64,000 nt of DNA from Spirochaetota bacterium (GTDB lineage: Bacteria > Spirochaetota > UBA4802 > UBA5368). Shown piece after piece: positions 38,924 to 50,842 of the stretch; within the stretch, counting starts at the first letter, position 1, and each line of letters opens with the position of its first letter. A program made the translations under genes and the position numbers. The stretch spans positions 7,631-71,630 of the forward strand of contig SCSX01000060.1 in the NCBI GenBank assembly GCA_004297825.1. Reading direction: 5' to 3'. The notes beneath the pieces were generated by a model. It saw nothing but the letters and a program-made list of their open reading frames with translations, did no database searches and was not told the origin of the DNA.

Positions 38924-41900
38924 CTAGAACTTTATCCCCAGCACGCGGTTGTACGTTTCCCCGTCGATCGTGACGCGCTGGTAAAGGATCTTCAGTATGG
39001 AGAACTTGCTGAAGCCCGTCTCGCTCTCCGTCTGGTATTCCCAGAGTATGCCCCAGAGGCTGCCGCGCCCCGTGTAACCGCGCTCGGGAACCTGGACCTT
39101 GTAATAGGGAATGCCCAGGAGAAGCGTCTGGGTGTCGGAACGTTCCTGCGGCTTGTAGTTCCGGTACCAGAGCGCGCCCAGGGCCCACATCTGGAACTTC
39201 CCGTAATCCTTGTCGCTCGAAAGATACGACAGGAGCGGCGGGATGAGCAGGCTGTAGCCCTGCGCGTCCCTCGAGTAATACCAGAGCGGGGTCGCGTAAT
39301 GGTAGAAGCGCCCCTGCTCGTTGCCCACCTGGTAGAGGAACCAGAGCACGTTCGTGCTCCAGTCGGTGGGCGAGGTCTTGTAATTCTTGTAGGACAGGAG
39401 CGCACCCCACACAAGGTTGAACTCGGTGACGGAGGGAGAAAAATCCCACGAGATCGTATTCAGCACGAAGCCGGTATGGGTGGAGGTGTAGTCCTTATCC
39501 TCCTGCCGCGAACGGTCGACAAGAAGCAGCAGGTTCCAGTGCGAATATCCCGGTGAAGAGTGGAGATAGAAGCCCGGGAGCGTAAACAGGGTGGAGGCTT
39601 CCTTCTCGCGCCATGAAAAAACAAAAGGCAGCAAATGCCGGGATGATTCGCCCGTCGTTCGGTCGTTGCTCGAATACCACAGGAGCGTAAGCGCCGAATC
39701 GCTCGTCCTGTCATGCGAGCGGTACAGCAGGGGCGGCAGGAAGAACCAGGTGCTTTCATCGGGCGATGAATAGGTGTACCAGATCGGAAGAACCGGGATA
39801 AGCCATCGACGGTACGCCTGCTTCGCGTGATCGTTCGACCAGTCGAAAAGTCCCAGCACGTTCAGGTGCGAGCCGTCGCCGGAGGAAGACCGATACACGA
39901 GCGGTATGATCGGGAACCAGAACGTCGACTCGTACCCGTGGTCCTTGTCGGTCCGGTAGTCCTTGTAGAAGAAGAGGCTTGTGTGCGAGTTCTCAAAATA
40001 CTCGTACCCGGGCGTCTCGCTCGTCGCGCTCGAGTAATAATAAAGCGCGGGAACCACCCAGGTCGCGCGCTCGCGGGCGTCATAGGTCGCGTAATTCCCG
40101 TTGATGTACGCGGAGCGTTTCGCGTGCGAGACCTCGGTGTGGACGAGCCAGAACAGGAACGAGTTCTCGCTGTCGTCCTTCCCTGCATGCCATATCCCCT
40201 GGTAGAGCCCCAGCATGAACAGGAACTCGCTCTTGTCGGCAGCGCGCTCGTAGTAGTAAAACGGCAGGAAGTGCGACTTGTTCTTCTCATTCGAGGAATA
40301 GGATTTGTACAGTCCCCACAGGAGCTCGAACTCGCTCGCCCCGGATTCCTTGTAATCTGTGGAGCCCACGAGCCCCAGCAGGAAGCTCCAGTGCGCGATG
40401 CTCGCGTCGCGCGTGTAGTAATATCCCAGCATGAAGAGCGAGCGTTCCCGCGTTTCATCCCCCACCCTCGCCGATGAATAATAAAGGAGCGGCAGTCCCA
40501 GCAGGGTGAAATCGGTGCGCGTCGCGCCCTCCTTTGCGAGCAGCGTATCGCGCGAGGTCCAGAACCAGAGCGGAAGGACGAACGACGACGCGGTGGACAG
40601 GGGATAGCTCCCCTCTTTCCGCTCGCCGATATTCGCCGCGTAACGGGTCTCGTCCCGGTTGTAGTACACCAGGGGAAGAATGGGGAACCACCACGTCTTC
40701 TCCTCGTAGGACGCCGCCTGCTTATAGTCATAATACCACAGCGGACTGATAGTGAAGCTCGCGTTCACGTTCTTGTCCGCGTCCGTCGTGCGGGAAGAAT
40801 AATAGAGCGGGAGAAACAACGATTTCGCGACGCGCTCGTCTTTTTTCTGGCGCTCCCAGTGATAGAAGAGCGGCAGGATCCTCCAGCCCGATTTCTTCGC
40901 ACCATTGTACCAGTTGATAATCGGCCAGACAACCGACCTGTCGTAAAGGTCTTCGGTCTGGTCGTACTCGGTCCAGTAGAGGTTCAAGAGGTACGCTTTC
41001 TTGTAGCTCCGATCCACGCGCTGCATTCCATAAAACGGAAAGAACACGAGGTACTCCAGTTCCTTAGAATCGTAGGAGATGTAATTGAGAATCACCTTGA
41101 CGGAATCCGTGTCGGTGAAGGTGATCCATGAAAGCGGCAGAAGCCGGAAATGCGTCCGCGCGTCAGCCCTCTGCCATGCGAGCCATCCGTAAAGGAACTT
41201 GAACCCGAAGAAGTTGTTAGAATCGTCCCGGCTCACGGTGCTCTTGGACGCAAGGCTTACGCCCTTGGGCTGGGCCTCCGCCTTCGCCTTTGCCTCGCGC
41301 TCGAGATCAAGCCTGGTCGCCTCGTCCATGGCCTTTTCCGTGAAGGGAATGGGAGAGCGATAGGAGAGACTCACCGCATCGTACAGCCATGACAAATCAA
41401 GATCGACGTAGTAATTGCTCTCGTTCGATCCAAGTCCCAGGCTCACGTTCGGATACGCCCCCAGCGCGGAGCTCTTCGACAGGCCCAGGATGTTGACATG
41501 GACCTTCGTTTTCCTGTCGCTGTAATCCAGGTAGAGCGGCAGGACGAGCGTGAATTCCCGCTTCTTTGTCTCGAAGTTCCAGTAGAGCGGGACGAGGTTG
41601 CTTGTGGAAAAACCCGTCGATTGGTTATAATGCTTGTAGTACAGGAGCGCCCACTGCGTCTCATACCCCGGGCTCCAGTTGTGGTAGTAGAACAGGCCGA
41701 ACGACCAGCCGCGCTCGTCGGTGTTACCTGAGGGCCGGAAGTAGAAGGGCGCGTACACCCGGTAGCCCATTGATCCGAATTCGTGGAAGACAAGCGGGAA
41801 GGCCCAGAAGCTCTTCCAGCTTCCATCGGGATTGGTCTGCCAGTCGAAGAGCACCAGGAGGTTTTTGTCCTTAACGCCGGTTTCCTCGGTACGCGATGAA

Positions 41901-43972
41901 TATACGAGCGGTATGACGGGGAACCAGAATCGCTCGAACCCGGCGTGGTCCTTGTCAAACGGGGCCTCGCGGTAGTCCATGCCGAAGATCGAGAGCTTCA
42001 GGCTCGAGTTTGCGTCGTCCCAGCTCATGAACAGCGGGGGGAGCAAATGCAGGTATGCGCCGTCCTTCTGGAAGACAAAGGGCATGGCCCAGAACCGGTC
42101 GGTGTTCCCTTCCTTCGTGGTATGCCAGTCGAAAAGGATAAGCGCGTTGCGCGACACGCTTCCGTCTTCCCTGTAGTGATGGGAATAGAGGACCGGGAGT
42201 ATCGGCACCCAGAGACGCGAGCTCCCGCCCGCGCCGGTAACGGCGGTGGTGATACTATCACCGGTTTCGCCGTCACGCTTTGCCGGTTCGGGGGTGCCGG
42301 GTGCAACCGTCTCCCAGTAGAAGAGCGGGTTTACGCGCATCGTGGTACGCCCCTCCGTCCAGCTCATGTAGAGCAGCGGGGGTATGTGCCGGTACGCGTT
42401 ATCCTTCGCGAAGTAGAAAGGCGCGATCCACAGCCGGTCCAGGACGCCCTCTTTCGAGTAGCGCCAATCGAAGAGCATCAGCAGGTTGCGCGATACGCCC
42501 CCGTTCGGGGACTGGTATGACGAATAGAGCAGGGGGAGTATCGGCACCCATATCCTTTCCTCGGAGACCTCCGCCTGCGCGCCCGCCTTGTACGAATACT
42601 TGTACAGGTACGGCGCGACGATATACTTCTCGAAGTTATCCCACCAGCTCAGGTAACCGAGCGGAGGGATGTGCAGGTAGGAATCGTCCTTCTGGAAATA
42701 GAGGGGCGTGAACCAGAAACGCTCGTTGGTCCCGTCACGCCGGTTCTGCCAGTCGAATAGCCACGCGAGATTACGGTGCGTGCCCTCGCGCTGGTCGTAG
42801 CTCGAATAATACAGGGGAACGAGCGGGAAGAAGAACGTCTTCTTCAAGATGTCCCCGTCCCACTTGTTCTCGCCCGATGACGTGGTGAAGCTCGAATATA
42901 TGGGGGTCAGATACGACTCGTAGTATCCGGTCACGCCCGTGTCCCGGTCGTAATCCCATGTGGACTCGACGCTCTTCGTATGCTGGTACAGCGGCAGGAG
43001 GTGCGTGTAGAGCTCGCCGTTTGATTTGCGCAGGTTGATAAATACGGGCGGGAGGACGTCCGTGTAACCGTCGTCGCCGGGCTTATGCAGGAAGACCGGG
43101 AAGAACCAGAAGTGGTTCAACCTGTCCTTTCCGTCCACGGTATCCCAGTCCCAGTCTATGAGCCACAGGATGTTCTGGTGGCCTCCGGCATGGCTCCACG
43201 ACCGCAGCACGAGGGGAATGATGGGAAACCACCAGACGCGTTCCCGCAAATCGCCGGAAGCGGTGTAGTCCGAGTAATACATGTGCAGGAGCGACAGGTT
43301 CGCGCGCTCCTGGGTGTAGCCGTCCTTCGAGTCCTTCCTCTCCGTGTGCCAGTAGACGAGCGGGGAAACGATCGTAAATTCGAACTGGTTCTCGTTCGTG
43401 TAATCGTTGTTCCAGTACAGGAGGGGGAAGATGGTGAGATATTTGTCCATCCGGTACTTGTACGAGTGATGTCCCCACCATGTGAACCAGAGGAACGAGC
43501 GGTGCTGCTCTTTTTTGTCTATGCGGGAATAATAGAACGGGCTAACCGTGAGGTTTTCCGTGTCGTCTATATGGTTGTACCAGAGCAGCAGGTAGAGTGA
43601 ACGCTCCCTGTTGTCGATCTTCGAATCCATGTGATAGAAAAAAGGGAGAAACCGGGTCGAAGTATACTTTGGGAAATCGGTACTTTTATACAGCTGCAGG
43701 AACATGCAGACGGAGTGACTTCCGTCGGGCCAGTCTTCCTTGCGAAAGAAGGGACCCCCGTCAATCTGGACCTTCTTGGCCTTCTCGCTGCCAAAAAGCT
43801 CGTACTCGCCCTCGTCCAGGTCGTCCCAGCTGGAATGCGTCGCGAATACGGGAACGGCCGCGCCCAGGATGACAATCGTGACGAAAAAGAGACGCAGAAG
43901 ATTTTTCACGGGTGACCGCTCCTTGGGCTCGAAGGTAAAGGAATTGTAAAGAAAGAACGGGAAAAACTTCAA
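38924..43972 (-). CDS. Giant (1682 aa) Trp/Pro/Tyr-rich tandem-repeat envelope protein, unknown family
   Basis: N-terminal signal-like hydrophobic segment (LRLFFVTIVILGAAVPVFA). More than 20 degenerate 55-65-aa repeats with consensus W(F/V)P(I/L)(I/L)PL(V/L)Y(S/Y)S...G....NLxxLFDW....G..RxWxxP(F/L)YF.KD..Y.HIPPLxYxSW. Confidence 0.75.
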   Translation of the reverse strand: MKFFPFFLYNSFTFEPKERSPVKNLLRLFFVTIVILGAAVPVFATHSSWDDLDEGEYELFGSEKAKKVQIDGGPFFRKEDWPDGSHSVCMFLQLYKSTDFPKYTSTRFLPFFYHMDSKIDNRERSLYLLLWYNHIDDTENLTVSPFYYSRIDKKEQHRSFLWFTWWGHHSYKYRMDKYLTIFPLLYWNNDYTNENQFEFTIVSPLVYWHTERKDSKDGYTQERANLSLLHMYYSDYTASGDLRERVWWFPIIPLVLRSWSHAGGHQNILWLIDWDWDTVDGKDRLNHFWFFPVFLHKPGDDGYTDVLPPVFINLRKSNGELYTHLLPLYQHTKSVESTWDYDRDTGVTGYYESYLTPIYSSFTTSSGENKWDGDILKKTFFFPLVPLYYSSYDQREGTHRNLAWLFDWQNRRDGTNERFWFTPLYFQKDDSYLHIPPLGYLSWWDNFEKYIVAPYLYKYSYKAGAQAEVSEERIWVPILPLLYSSYQSPNGGVSRNLLMLFDWRYSKEGVLDRLWIAPFYFAKDNAYRHIPPLLYMSWTEGRTTMRVNPLFYWETVAPGTPEPAKRDGETGDSITTAVTGAGGSSRLWVPILPVLYSHHYREDGSVSRNALILFDWHTTKEGNTDRFWAMPFVFQKDGAYLHLLPPLFMSWDDANSSLKLSIFGMDYREAPFDKDHAGFERFWFPVIPLVYSSRTEETGVKDKNLLVLFDWQTNPDGSWKSFWAFPLVFHEFGSMGYRVYAPFYFRPSGNTDERGWSFGLFYYHNWSPGYETQWALLYYKHYNQSTGFSTSNLVPLYWNFETKKREFTLVLPLYLDYSDRKTKVHVNILGLSKSSALGAYPNVSLGLGSNESNYYVDLDLSWLYDAVSLSYRSPIPFTEKAMDEATRLDLEREAKAKAEAQPKGVSLASKSTVSRDDSNNFFGFKFLYGWLAWQRADARTHFRLLPLSWITFTDTDSVKVILNYISYDSKELEYLVFFPFYGMQRVDRSYKKAYLLNLYWTEYDQTEDLYDRSVVWPIINWYNGAKKSGWRILPLFYHWERQKKDERVAKSLFLPLYYSSRTTDADKNVNASFTISPLWYYDYKQAASYEEKTWWFPILPLVYYNRDETRYAANIGERKEGSYPLSTASSFVLPLWFWTSRDTLLAKEGATRTDFTLLGLPLLYYSSARVGDETRERSLFMLGYYYTRDASIAHWSFLLGLVGSTDYKESGASEFELLWGLYKSYSSNEKNKSHFLPFYYYERAADKSEFLFMLGLYQGIWHAGKDDSENSFLFWLVHTEVSHAKRSAYINGNYATYDARERATWVVPALYYYSSATSETPGYEYFENSHTSLFFYKDYRTDKDHGYESTFWFPIIPLVYRSSSGDGSHLNVLGLFDWSNDHAKQAYRRWLIPVLPIWYTYSSPDESTWFFLPPLLYRSHDRTSDSALTLLWYSSNDRTTGESSRHLLPFVFSWREKEASTLFTLPGFYLHSSPGYSHWNLLLLVDRSRQEDKDYTSTHTGFVLNTISWDFSPSVTEFNLVWGALLSYKNYKTSPTDWSTNVLWFLYQVGNEQGRFYHYATPLWYYSRDAQGYSLLIPPLLSYLSSDKDYGKFQMWALGALWYRNYKPQERSDTQTLLLGIPYYKVQVPERGYTGRGSLWGILWEYQTESETGFSKFSILKILYQRVTIDGETYNRVLGIKF

Positions 43973-44176
43973 CTACAAAAACTGGGGCATGTAAATCATT
44001 TCAGGAAGACCTTTTTGAGCGATTTTATGCACCGGGGGTTATCCACGGCAGTTTATAGTTTCCCGGTTGCATATAACATTCTTGACTCACGGAAAGCGGC
44101 ATGCGAGTATCCGTCGCGAGGGATGCGCCGCCGCGGGCCACGGACCGTGAATGGAAGCGCGCGGCAACGGAAACCT

Positions 44177-46225
44177 ATGGGTAAAGATAAAACGGGAAGC
44201 AGCAGCGAATGGAATGAGCTCGTCGAGAGCGAGGAACGCTTCCGCACCCTCGCCGAATCGACCCCGGTTGCGGTGCTGCTTTTCCAGGACGACCGGTGGG
44301 TCTTTCTCAACCGCGCGGCCGAGGAGATCACCGGGTACGCCCGGGATGAGCTCATAGGCATGAATTTCTGGAGTATCGTCCACCCGGATCATAAGGCGAT
44401 GGTGGAGGATCGCGGCAAACGGCGCCAGGCGGGCGAGGCGGTCGATCCGCGCTATGAATTCAAGATCGTCACGAAACAGGGCCGCGTTCGATGGGTGCTC
44501 CTGAACGGCGCGACCACCCACATGCGCGGCAGGCCCGCGGGACTCATCAACGTCATCGACATCACCGAGCTGAAGCGCGTCCAGGAGGAGCTCGAGGCCA
44601 CGAACGAGGAACTCGAGGCCACGAACGAAGAGCTAAACGCCACCAACGAGGAGCTCATCGCCTCCCAGACCGAGCTCGCGACCAGCGAGCGCCGCTACCG
44701 GGAGCTTTTCGAAAATCTCCCCGTGGGGCTCTACCAGGCCTCGCTCGACGGGACGGTGCTTACCGTGAACCCCGAGATGGCCCGCATGCTCGGGTATTCT
44801 TCCATCAAAGAACTCATGGCGCATGAGAAGAACATGGAAGGGTTTTTCCTGGAGGCCCGGGACGCCCGGGAGCTTCGCGTCCGGGCCGACGCCGGCTCCG
44901 ACGTGAACGATTTTATAACGCGCTTTCGCAGGCAGGACGGCGGCATCGTGTGGGTTTCCATGAACACCAGCGTGCGCCTGGACCCGGGCGGTAAGGGCGG
45001 CTTCCTCGAGGGGTATATCCGCGACTTCACCGCGCAGAAATCGGCGGAAGAGGGGAAGGAACGCCTGGAGCGGCAGCTCCTGCAGGCGCAGAAAATGGAG
45101 GCCGTGGGCAGGCTCGCGGGTGGGATCGCGCACGATTTCAACAACCTGCTCACGGCGATCCTGGGAAACGCGGAGCTCTCCCTCGCCGCGCTCGACGATC
45201 CGGAGATCCTCCGGGAAAACCTGGACGACATCATCCGGATATCCACGCGCGCCTCGGAGCTCACCAGGCAGCTCCTCGCCTTCAGCCGCAAGCAGATGAT
45301 CAAGCCGGTAAAGCTGGACCTGAACGAGGCGCTTGCCTCGATGGAAAGAATGCTGCGCCGCGTGATCGGGGAGAATATCGACCTCTCGATCGAACCCCAT
45401 CGCGGGCCGGGATTCATCGAGGCGGATCCCACGCAGATGGAACAGCTCATCGTCAACATGATCGTGAATGCGCGCGACGCGATGCCGCGCGGCGGCAGGA
45501 TCATGATTTCGATCACGAACGCGCTGGTGACCTACGGGGAGTCGCTCAAGAAACCGGGCCTGTACCCGGGACTCTACGTGGTCCTGAAGATATCCGACAA
45601 CGGCATCGGCATGGACCCGGAGATTCAGGAAAAAATATTCGAGCCGTTTTTCACGACTAAGGGAGAGGCGGGGACCGGCCTGGGGCTCGCGACCGTGTAC
45701 GGTGTCGTGAAGCAAAACGGGGGCTATATCTCCGTGGAGAGCACCCCGGGCAAGGGCACGACCTTCACCGTCCTCCTGCCGCGCGTGGAGCAGTCGGGCG
45801 AGAAGCCGGCCGCCCCGGCGGTAAAAAAGGTCGGGGCCGTGCGCCCCTCGGAGCGCCGGGAAACGATCCTGCTCGTGGAGGACGAGGAGCCCGTGAGGAA
45901 GCTCATCTCCAAGGCGCTCGCCCTGCAGGGCTTCAATGTCATAGAGTCCCAGAGCGGCGCCGAGGCGGAGAAGGCCGTGGCCGCCGCCGAATCGCATATC
46001 GACCTCATCCTCTCGGACGTGGTCCTGCCCGACACCACCGGCCCGGAGCTCGTCGGAAAGCTCGCGTCGCGGCTTGCCGACACGCGGGTCCTCTACATGT
46101 CCGGCTACGCGGAACAGGGAATCATGACGCGCGCCATGATCAACCGGGGGGTCCAGTTCATCCCCAAGCCGTTTCTCCTTAACGATCTCTTCCAGAAAAT
46201 ACGCGAGATACTCTCGACGGAATAG
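44177..46225 (+). CDS. Hybrid sensor histidine kinase (PAS x2, coiled-coil, HisKA, HATPase_c, C-terminal receiver)
   Basis: PAS blocks, an EELEATNEELEATNEELNATNEELIAS heptad repeat, H-box AVGRLAGGIAHDFNNLL, N/G1/G2 boxes (GLGLATVYG) and REC (ILLVEDEEPVR...LILSDVVLPD). Start at MGKDKTG (ORF from 44015). Confidence 0.85.
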   Translation: MGKDKTGSSSEWNELVESEERFRTLAESTPVAVLLFQDDRWVFLNRAAEEITGYARDELIGMNFWSIVHPDHKAMVEDRGKRRQAGEAVDPRYEFKIVTKQGRVRWVLLNGATTHMRGRPAGLINVIDITELKRVQEELEATNEELEATNEELNATNEELIASQTELATSERRYRELFENLPVGLYQASLDGTVLTVNPEMARMLGYSSIKELMAHEKNMEGFFLEARDARELRVRADAGSDVNDFITRFRRQDGGIVWVSMNTSVRLDPGGKGGFLEGYIRDFTAQKSAEEGKERLERQLLQAQKMEAVGRLAGGIAHDFNNLLTAILGNAELSLAALDDPEILRENLDDIIRISTRASELTRQLLAFSRKQMIKPVKLDLNEALASMERMLRRVIGENIDLSIEPHRGPGFIEADPTQMEQLIVNMIVNARDAMPRGGRIMISITNALVTYGESLKKPGLYPGLYVVLKISDNGIGMDPEIQEKIFEPFFTTKGEAGTGLGLATVYGVVKQNGGYISVESTPGKGTTFTVLLPRVEQSGEKPAAPAVKKVGAVRPSERRETILLVEDEEPVRKLISKALALQGFNVIESQSGAEAEKAVAAAESHIDLILSDVVLPDTTGPELVGKLASRLADTRVLYMSGYAEQGIMTRAMINRGVQFIPKPFLLNDLFQKIREILSTE

Positions 46226-46330
46226 GGGTGACCCCCGGGATTTCCCGCGCTTCCCCTTTGCGGAGGCGTATTCGGCCGCGGCGGGTCCGATACGGGCGCA
46301 GCTTCGTGAAATCGAATACCGTTTTATTTG

Positions 46331-47434
46331 TCACAGCGCCCACTCCATCGGGGCGGGCGGCGAAAACGTCGAGCTCACCGCGACGGAGCGCTCAATTCGT
46401 ACGGATTCCTCAATCGCCTCAAGTACCTCGATGATGTGTGCCGCCTGTTCGCCCGTCGCCCGATGCGGGCGGTCGCCGCGCATCGCCTCGGCCATGTCAA
46501 TCAAGCCGCGTCCCCACTCAATCCCCTTGAACGGCTCTTTAACGAAGGGCACCGGCTCGTAGGGTTTTCCAAAGTCCGCATACTCCACGCCGGCACTGAA
46601 AATGGAGACGTGCGCCAGGTATAAAGAGCCCTTATCGCCGTGAAACTCCACCAGTTCCCCCTCCTTCTTCATCCAATCGGTGTAATAATTGACGGTTAAC
46701 CGCGCCACTGGACCGCTCGCGAACTCCAGCAGGGCAACCACGAAATCCGGTTTTTCGAGGCGAAAAGGCGTTCCGTCTTTCGTATGCCGCTCCCCGAGGA
46801 TAATGCGGCCCCAGCCGGTGACGCTCCGGACCGGACCGAAGATGCTTGCGAGCAAAACGAGCGCGTATGGCCCCATGTCGAAAAGCGGTCCGCAGGCGTA
46901 GAAGAGCGGCGCGGAGGGGTGCCATGTCTCGATTCGATGGTGGTTAATCTCGGCGTAGACCAGACGCACCGTCCCCAGACGTCCCTCGCGAATCTGCTTT
47001 GCGGCGGTCTGCTGCGCCTCTCCCAAAAAGCTTGAAGGCGCCGACCCCAGGCGAAGCCCCGCCTTTTTGGCCTTTGCAGTCAGTTCCGCTGCCTCGCGAT
47101 AGTTAAAAGCGATGGGTTTCTCACAGTAGACGTTTTTCCCGGCGTCCAGGCACAGCGACACTACCTCTGTGTGCGCGTTTTGGGCCGTGAGGTCGAGGAC
47201 AAGCTCAACGCCCTTGTCCGCCAATAATTCGGGAATCGATCCGTAGGCGCGGAGGTCGTGCTGTTTCGCGAACGCGGCGCATTTGTCCGGGGTCCGGCCC
47301 GCCACGCCGACAAGCTCGATTTGTCGGCTCCGGTAGGGCTCTAGCGTCTGCATATACGGCCCCGCTATGTCTCCATAGCCTATAATGCCGACCCGCACCG
47401 GACCGCGATTCGTGTGCGCTTTGGTCATAAGCAA
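46331..47434 (-). CDS. Gfo/Idh/MocA-family NAD(P)-dependent oxidoreductase
   Basis: VRVGIIGYGDIAG Rossmann N-terminus, EKPIA motif, and a C-terminal alpha/beta domain. Confidence 0.85.
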   Translation of the reverse strand: MLMTKAHTNRGPVRVGIIGYGDIAGPYMQTLEPYRSRQIELVGVAGRTPDKCAAFAKQHDLRAYGSIPELLADKGVELVLDLTAQNAHTEVVSLCLDAGKNVYCEKPIAFNYREAAELTAKAKKAGLRLGSAPSSFLGEAQQTAAKQIREGRLGTVRLVYAEINHHRIETWHPSAPLFYACGPLFDMGPYALVLLASIFGPVRSVTGWGRIILGERHTKDGTPFRLEKPDFVVALLEFASGPVARLTVNYYTDWMKKEGELVEFHGDKGSLYLAHVSIFSAGVEYADFGKPYEPVPFVKEPFKGIEWGRGLIDMAEAMRGDRPHRATGEQAAHIIEVLEAIEESVRIERSVAVSSTFSPPAPMEWAL

Positions 47435-47588
47435 CCTCCCGGCTCTCCGATCTCTATATCTTTTATTCTAACTTCTTGCACGCCCTTGCCGTAGCTTGGG
47501 CGGCCGGGTAAGTTATGGGTAATAATAAGCCCGGAAGGGGGGGTGCCTGGAAATTAATAACGCTGGGGGGAAACCCCGGCGTTCGTCG

Positions 47589-49109
<1,521 letters not shown>

Positions 49110-49378
49110 ATGGGTTTCCCTTCTTATATTAAATTTTTAACAGAGTGCGGTATCGATCGAGCGAAGCGAAAGTTCGATGCGCGAGCCGTGTTCGTGCGAG
49201 ATGCAGAACGGGCATACCGCGCACCGCATTCAGCCTGCCGGCTGAGGGAACGGCGGTCGTCCGCTTCACGCGGTTTCACGGGGTTCATAGCAGTTGCGCG
49301 TCTGATTGGAGGACAATGGGTTCTATTGGATTTATTTGTCAATCACTTTTTATAGACAGTATCGCGCAAGCGTGATGT

Positions 49379-50200
49379 CTAAAATTTCCCTCCGGGCTGA
49401 AGGTTTTTCTCCATGAAGCGCGTGATTGCGCTTTCCAGGCGCGCCCGGATGGCGTCCAGCCGGGCGGCGTCCACCTTCATCCGCTCGTAGTTGAAATAGC
49501 GATCGGTGAGGAACAGCGCGCGCGAAACCGAGAGCCTGAGCACGGGGACGCGCCCGGTCCCGTACCGGCCCGCGGTATAGGTGGGGAAGACGGGTGCGTT
49601 AAGCGTGAAGCGTTTCGCCACCGTCCCCGTTTCCGCGCCGAACGACTTCTGCAGATTCTCCAGCAGCGCCTCGGCCAGGCGATCCGGGGCGGTCCGGTCC
49701 CCGCCGCCCGCGCCCCCGGACAGGTTCTGTACGGAGAACAGCGGCCGGGGGCTTCCGGCGTCCACCGAGTGCTCGGGACCCACGGGCATCATCGTGTGGC
49801 AGTCGAGTATCAGCCTGACCCGCTTCGAGGAAACCGCCTTCTCGATCGCGGTGTGAAAGGGGAAATAGTAGCGCCGCAGCATGTTCGCGATGGCGATCTC
49901 GTCGGGAAACACGCCCTCGGGGTATACGCTGCGGCCCGTGGGCGTCTCGATCTTGATGACGCCGTCGGCGGTGCGCGGCGGGAGGTCCATGGGGGGCCGG
50001 TCGACGTCCATGAAGACGCGCGAGATGTCCGTCTCGAACCGCTCGCACAGGCCGTCGGCCAGGCGAAAGATGTCCCGCGCGCACGAGTCAGCCTCGAAGA
50101 ACAGATCGAACGGCTCGAGCGCGTGAATGCCCGCAAGCTCCTCGGGCACCGCGTATCCCCCGTGGGGGATAATAATGGCTATGGGGGGGATCCTGGTCAT
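49379..50200 (-). CDS. N-formylglutamate amidohydrolase (FGase) family protein
   Basis: IAIIIPHGGYAVPEEL and ...LDCHTM... blocks resemble FGase/HutG-like zinc amidohydrolases. Moderate certainty. Confidence 0.65.
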   Translation of the reverse strand: MTRIPPIAIIIPHGGYAVPEELAGIHALEPFDLFFEADSCARDIFRLADGLCERFETDISRVFMDVDRPPMDLPPRTADGVIKIETPTGRSVYPEGVFPDEIAIANMLRRYYFPFHTAIEKAVSSKRVRLILDCHTMMPVGPEHSVDAGSPRPLFSVQNLSGGAGGGDRTAPDRLAEALLENLQKSFGAETGTVAKRFTLNAPVFPTYTAGRYGTGRVPVLRLSVSRALFLTDRYFNYERMKVDAARLDAIRARLESAITRFMEKNLQPGGKF

Positions 50201-50332
50201 CCTGGCTGCATCGTGTCGGGCTAAATTTATAATTGACGAAAAATCGAAACGTGAATTTATTCAAGTACATAATTTTTCGCACGCGGCCATTTCCGTGACG
50301 CGCGCGTACTGCCAGGGAGGCGGAACGAACCC

Positions 50333-50842
50333 ATGATGCGCCCCTACAAGACCGACGAGACCGGCGAGGCGATACTCGAAATCCTCGCCAAGGACGCGAA
50401 AACGACGCCGGAGGACATCGCGCGGCAGCTCGACACGACGCCCGCGAAGGTCCGGAAGTATATCGCCCAGTTCGAGAAGGACAAGATCATTCTCCGGTAC
50501 AAGGCGCACGTCAACTGGATGCGGGTGCGCAACCTCGACGTGCGCGCCCTCATCGAGGTCAAGGTGATCCCCGAGCGCGGGGTGGGGTTCGACGCGGTCG
50601 CCGAGGCGATCTACAAATTTCCCGAGGTCTCGGCGGTGTATCTTCTCTCGGGAAGCTACGACCTGCTGGTCCAGGTGGAGGGGCCCAGCCTGCAGCAGGT
50701 TTCGCTCTTCGTGTCCGAGAAGCTCGCCACGATCAAAAATGTACAGTCCACCGTGACGCATTTTCTATTGAAGAAATACAAGGAAGACGGCGACGTGCTC
50801 GTGGACCAGGCCGAATCGAAGCGCCTTCCGCTCAGCCTGTGA
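50333..50842 (+). CDS. Lrp/AsnC-family transcriptional regulator
   Basis: N-terminal HTH (ILEILAKDAKTTPEDIARQLDTTPAKVRKYI) plus a C-terminal RAM domain (VRALIEVKV...VYLLSGSYDLLVQVE). Confidence 0.85.
   Translation: MMRPYKTDETGEAILEILAKDAKTTPEDIARQLDTTPAKVRKYIAQFEKDKIILRYKAHVNWMRVRNLDVRALIEVKVIPERGVGFDAVAEAIYKFPEVSAVYLLSGSYDLLVQVEGPSLQQVSLFVSEKLATIKNVQSTVTHFLLKKYKEDGDVLVDQAESKRLPLSL

Noticed and set aside
38733-41958. Multiple 100-290-aa ORFs on both strands within the giant repeat gene (e.g. 39862..40731, 39827..40477, 41443..41958)
   Set aside because: They are alternative-frame translations of the repeat gene (Arg/Thr/Ser/Pro-rich). The single long 1682-aa frame with periodic aromatic motifs is the coding one.
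44633-45997. 454-aa minus-strand ORF and 261-aa ORF (44731..45516) inside the hybrid histidine kinase gene
   Set aside because: Shadow ORFs. The plus-strand frame carries intact PAS/HisKA/HATPase/REC motifs. The antisense products are R/G/L-rich with no motifs.
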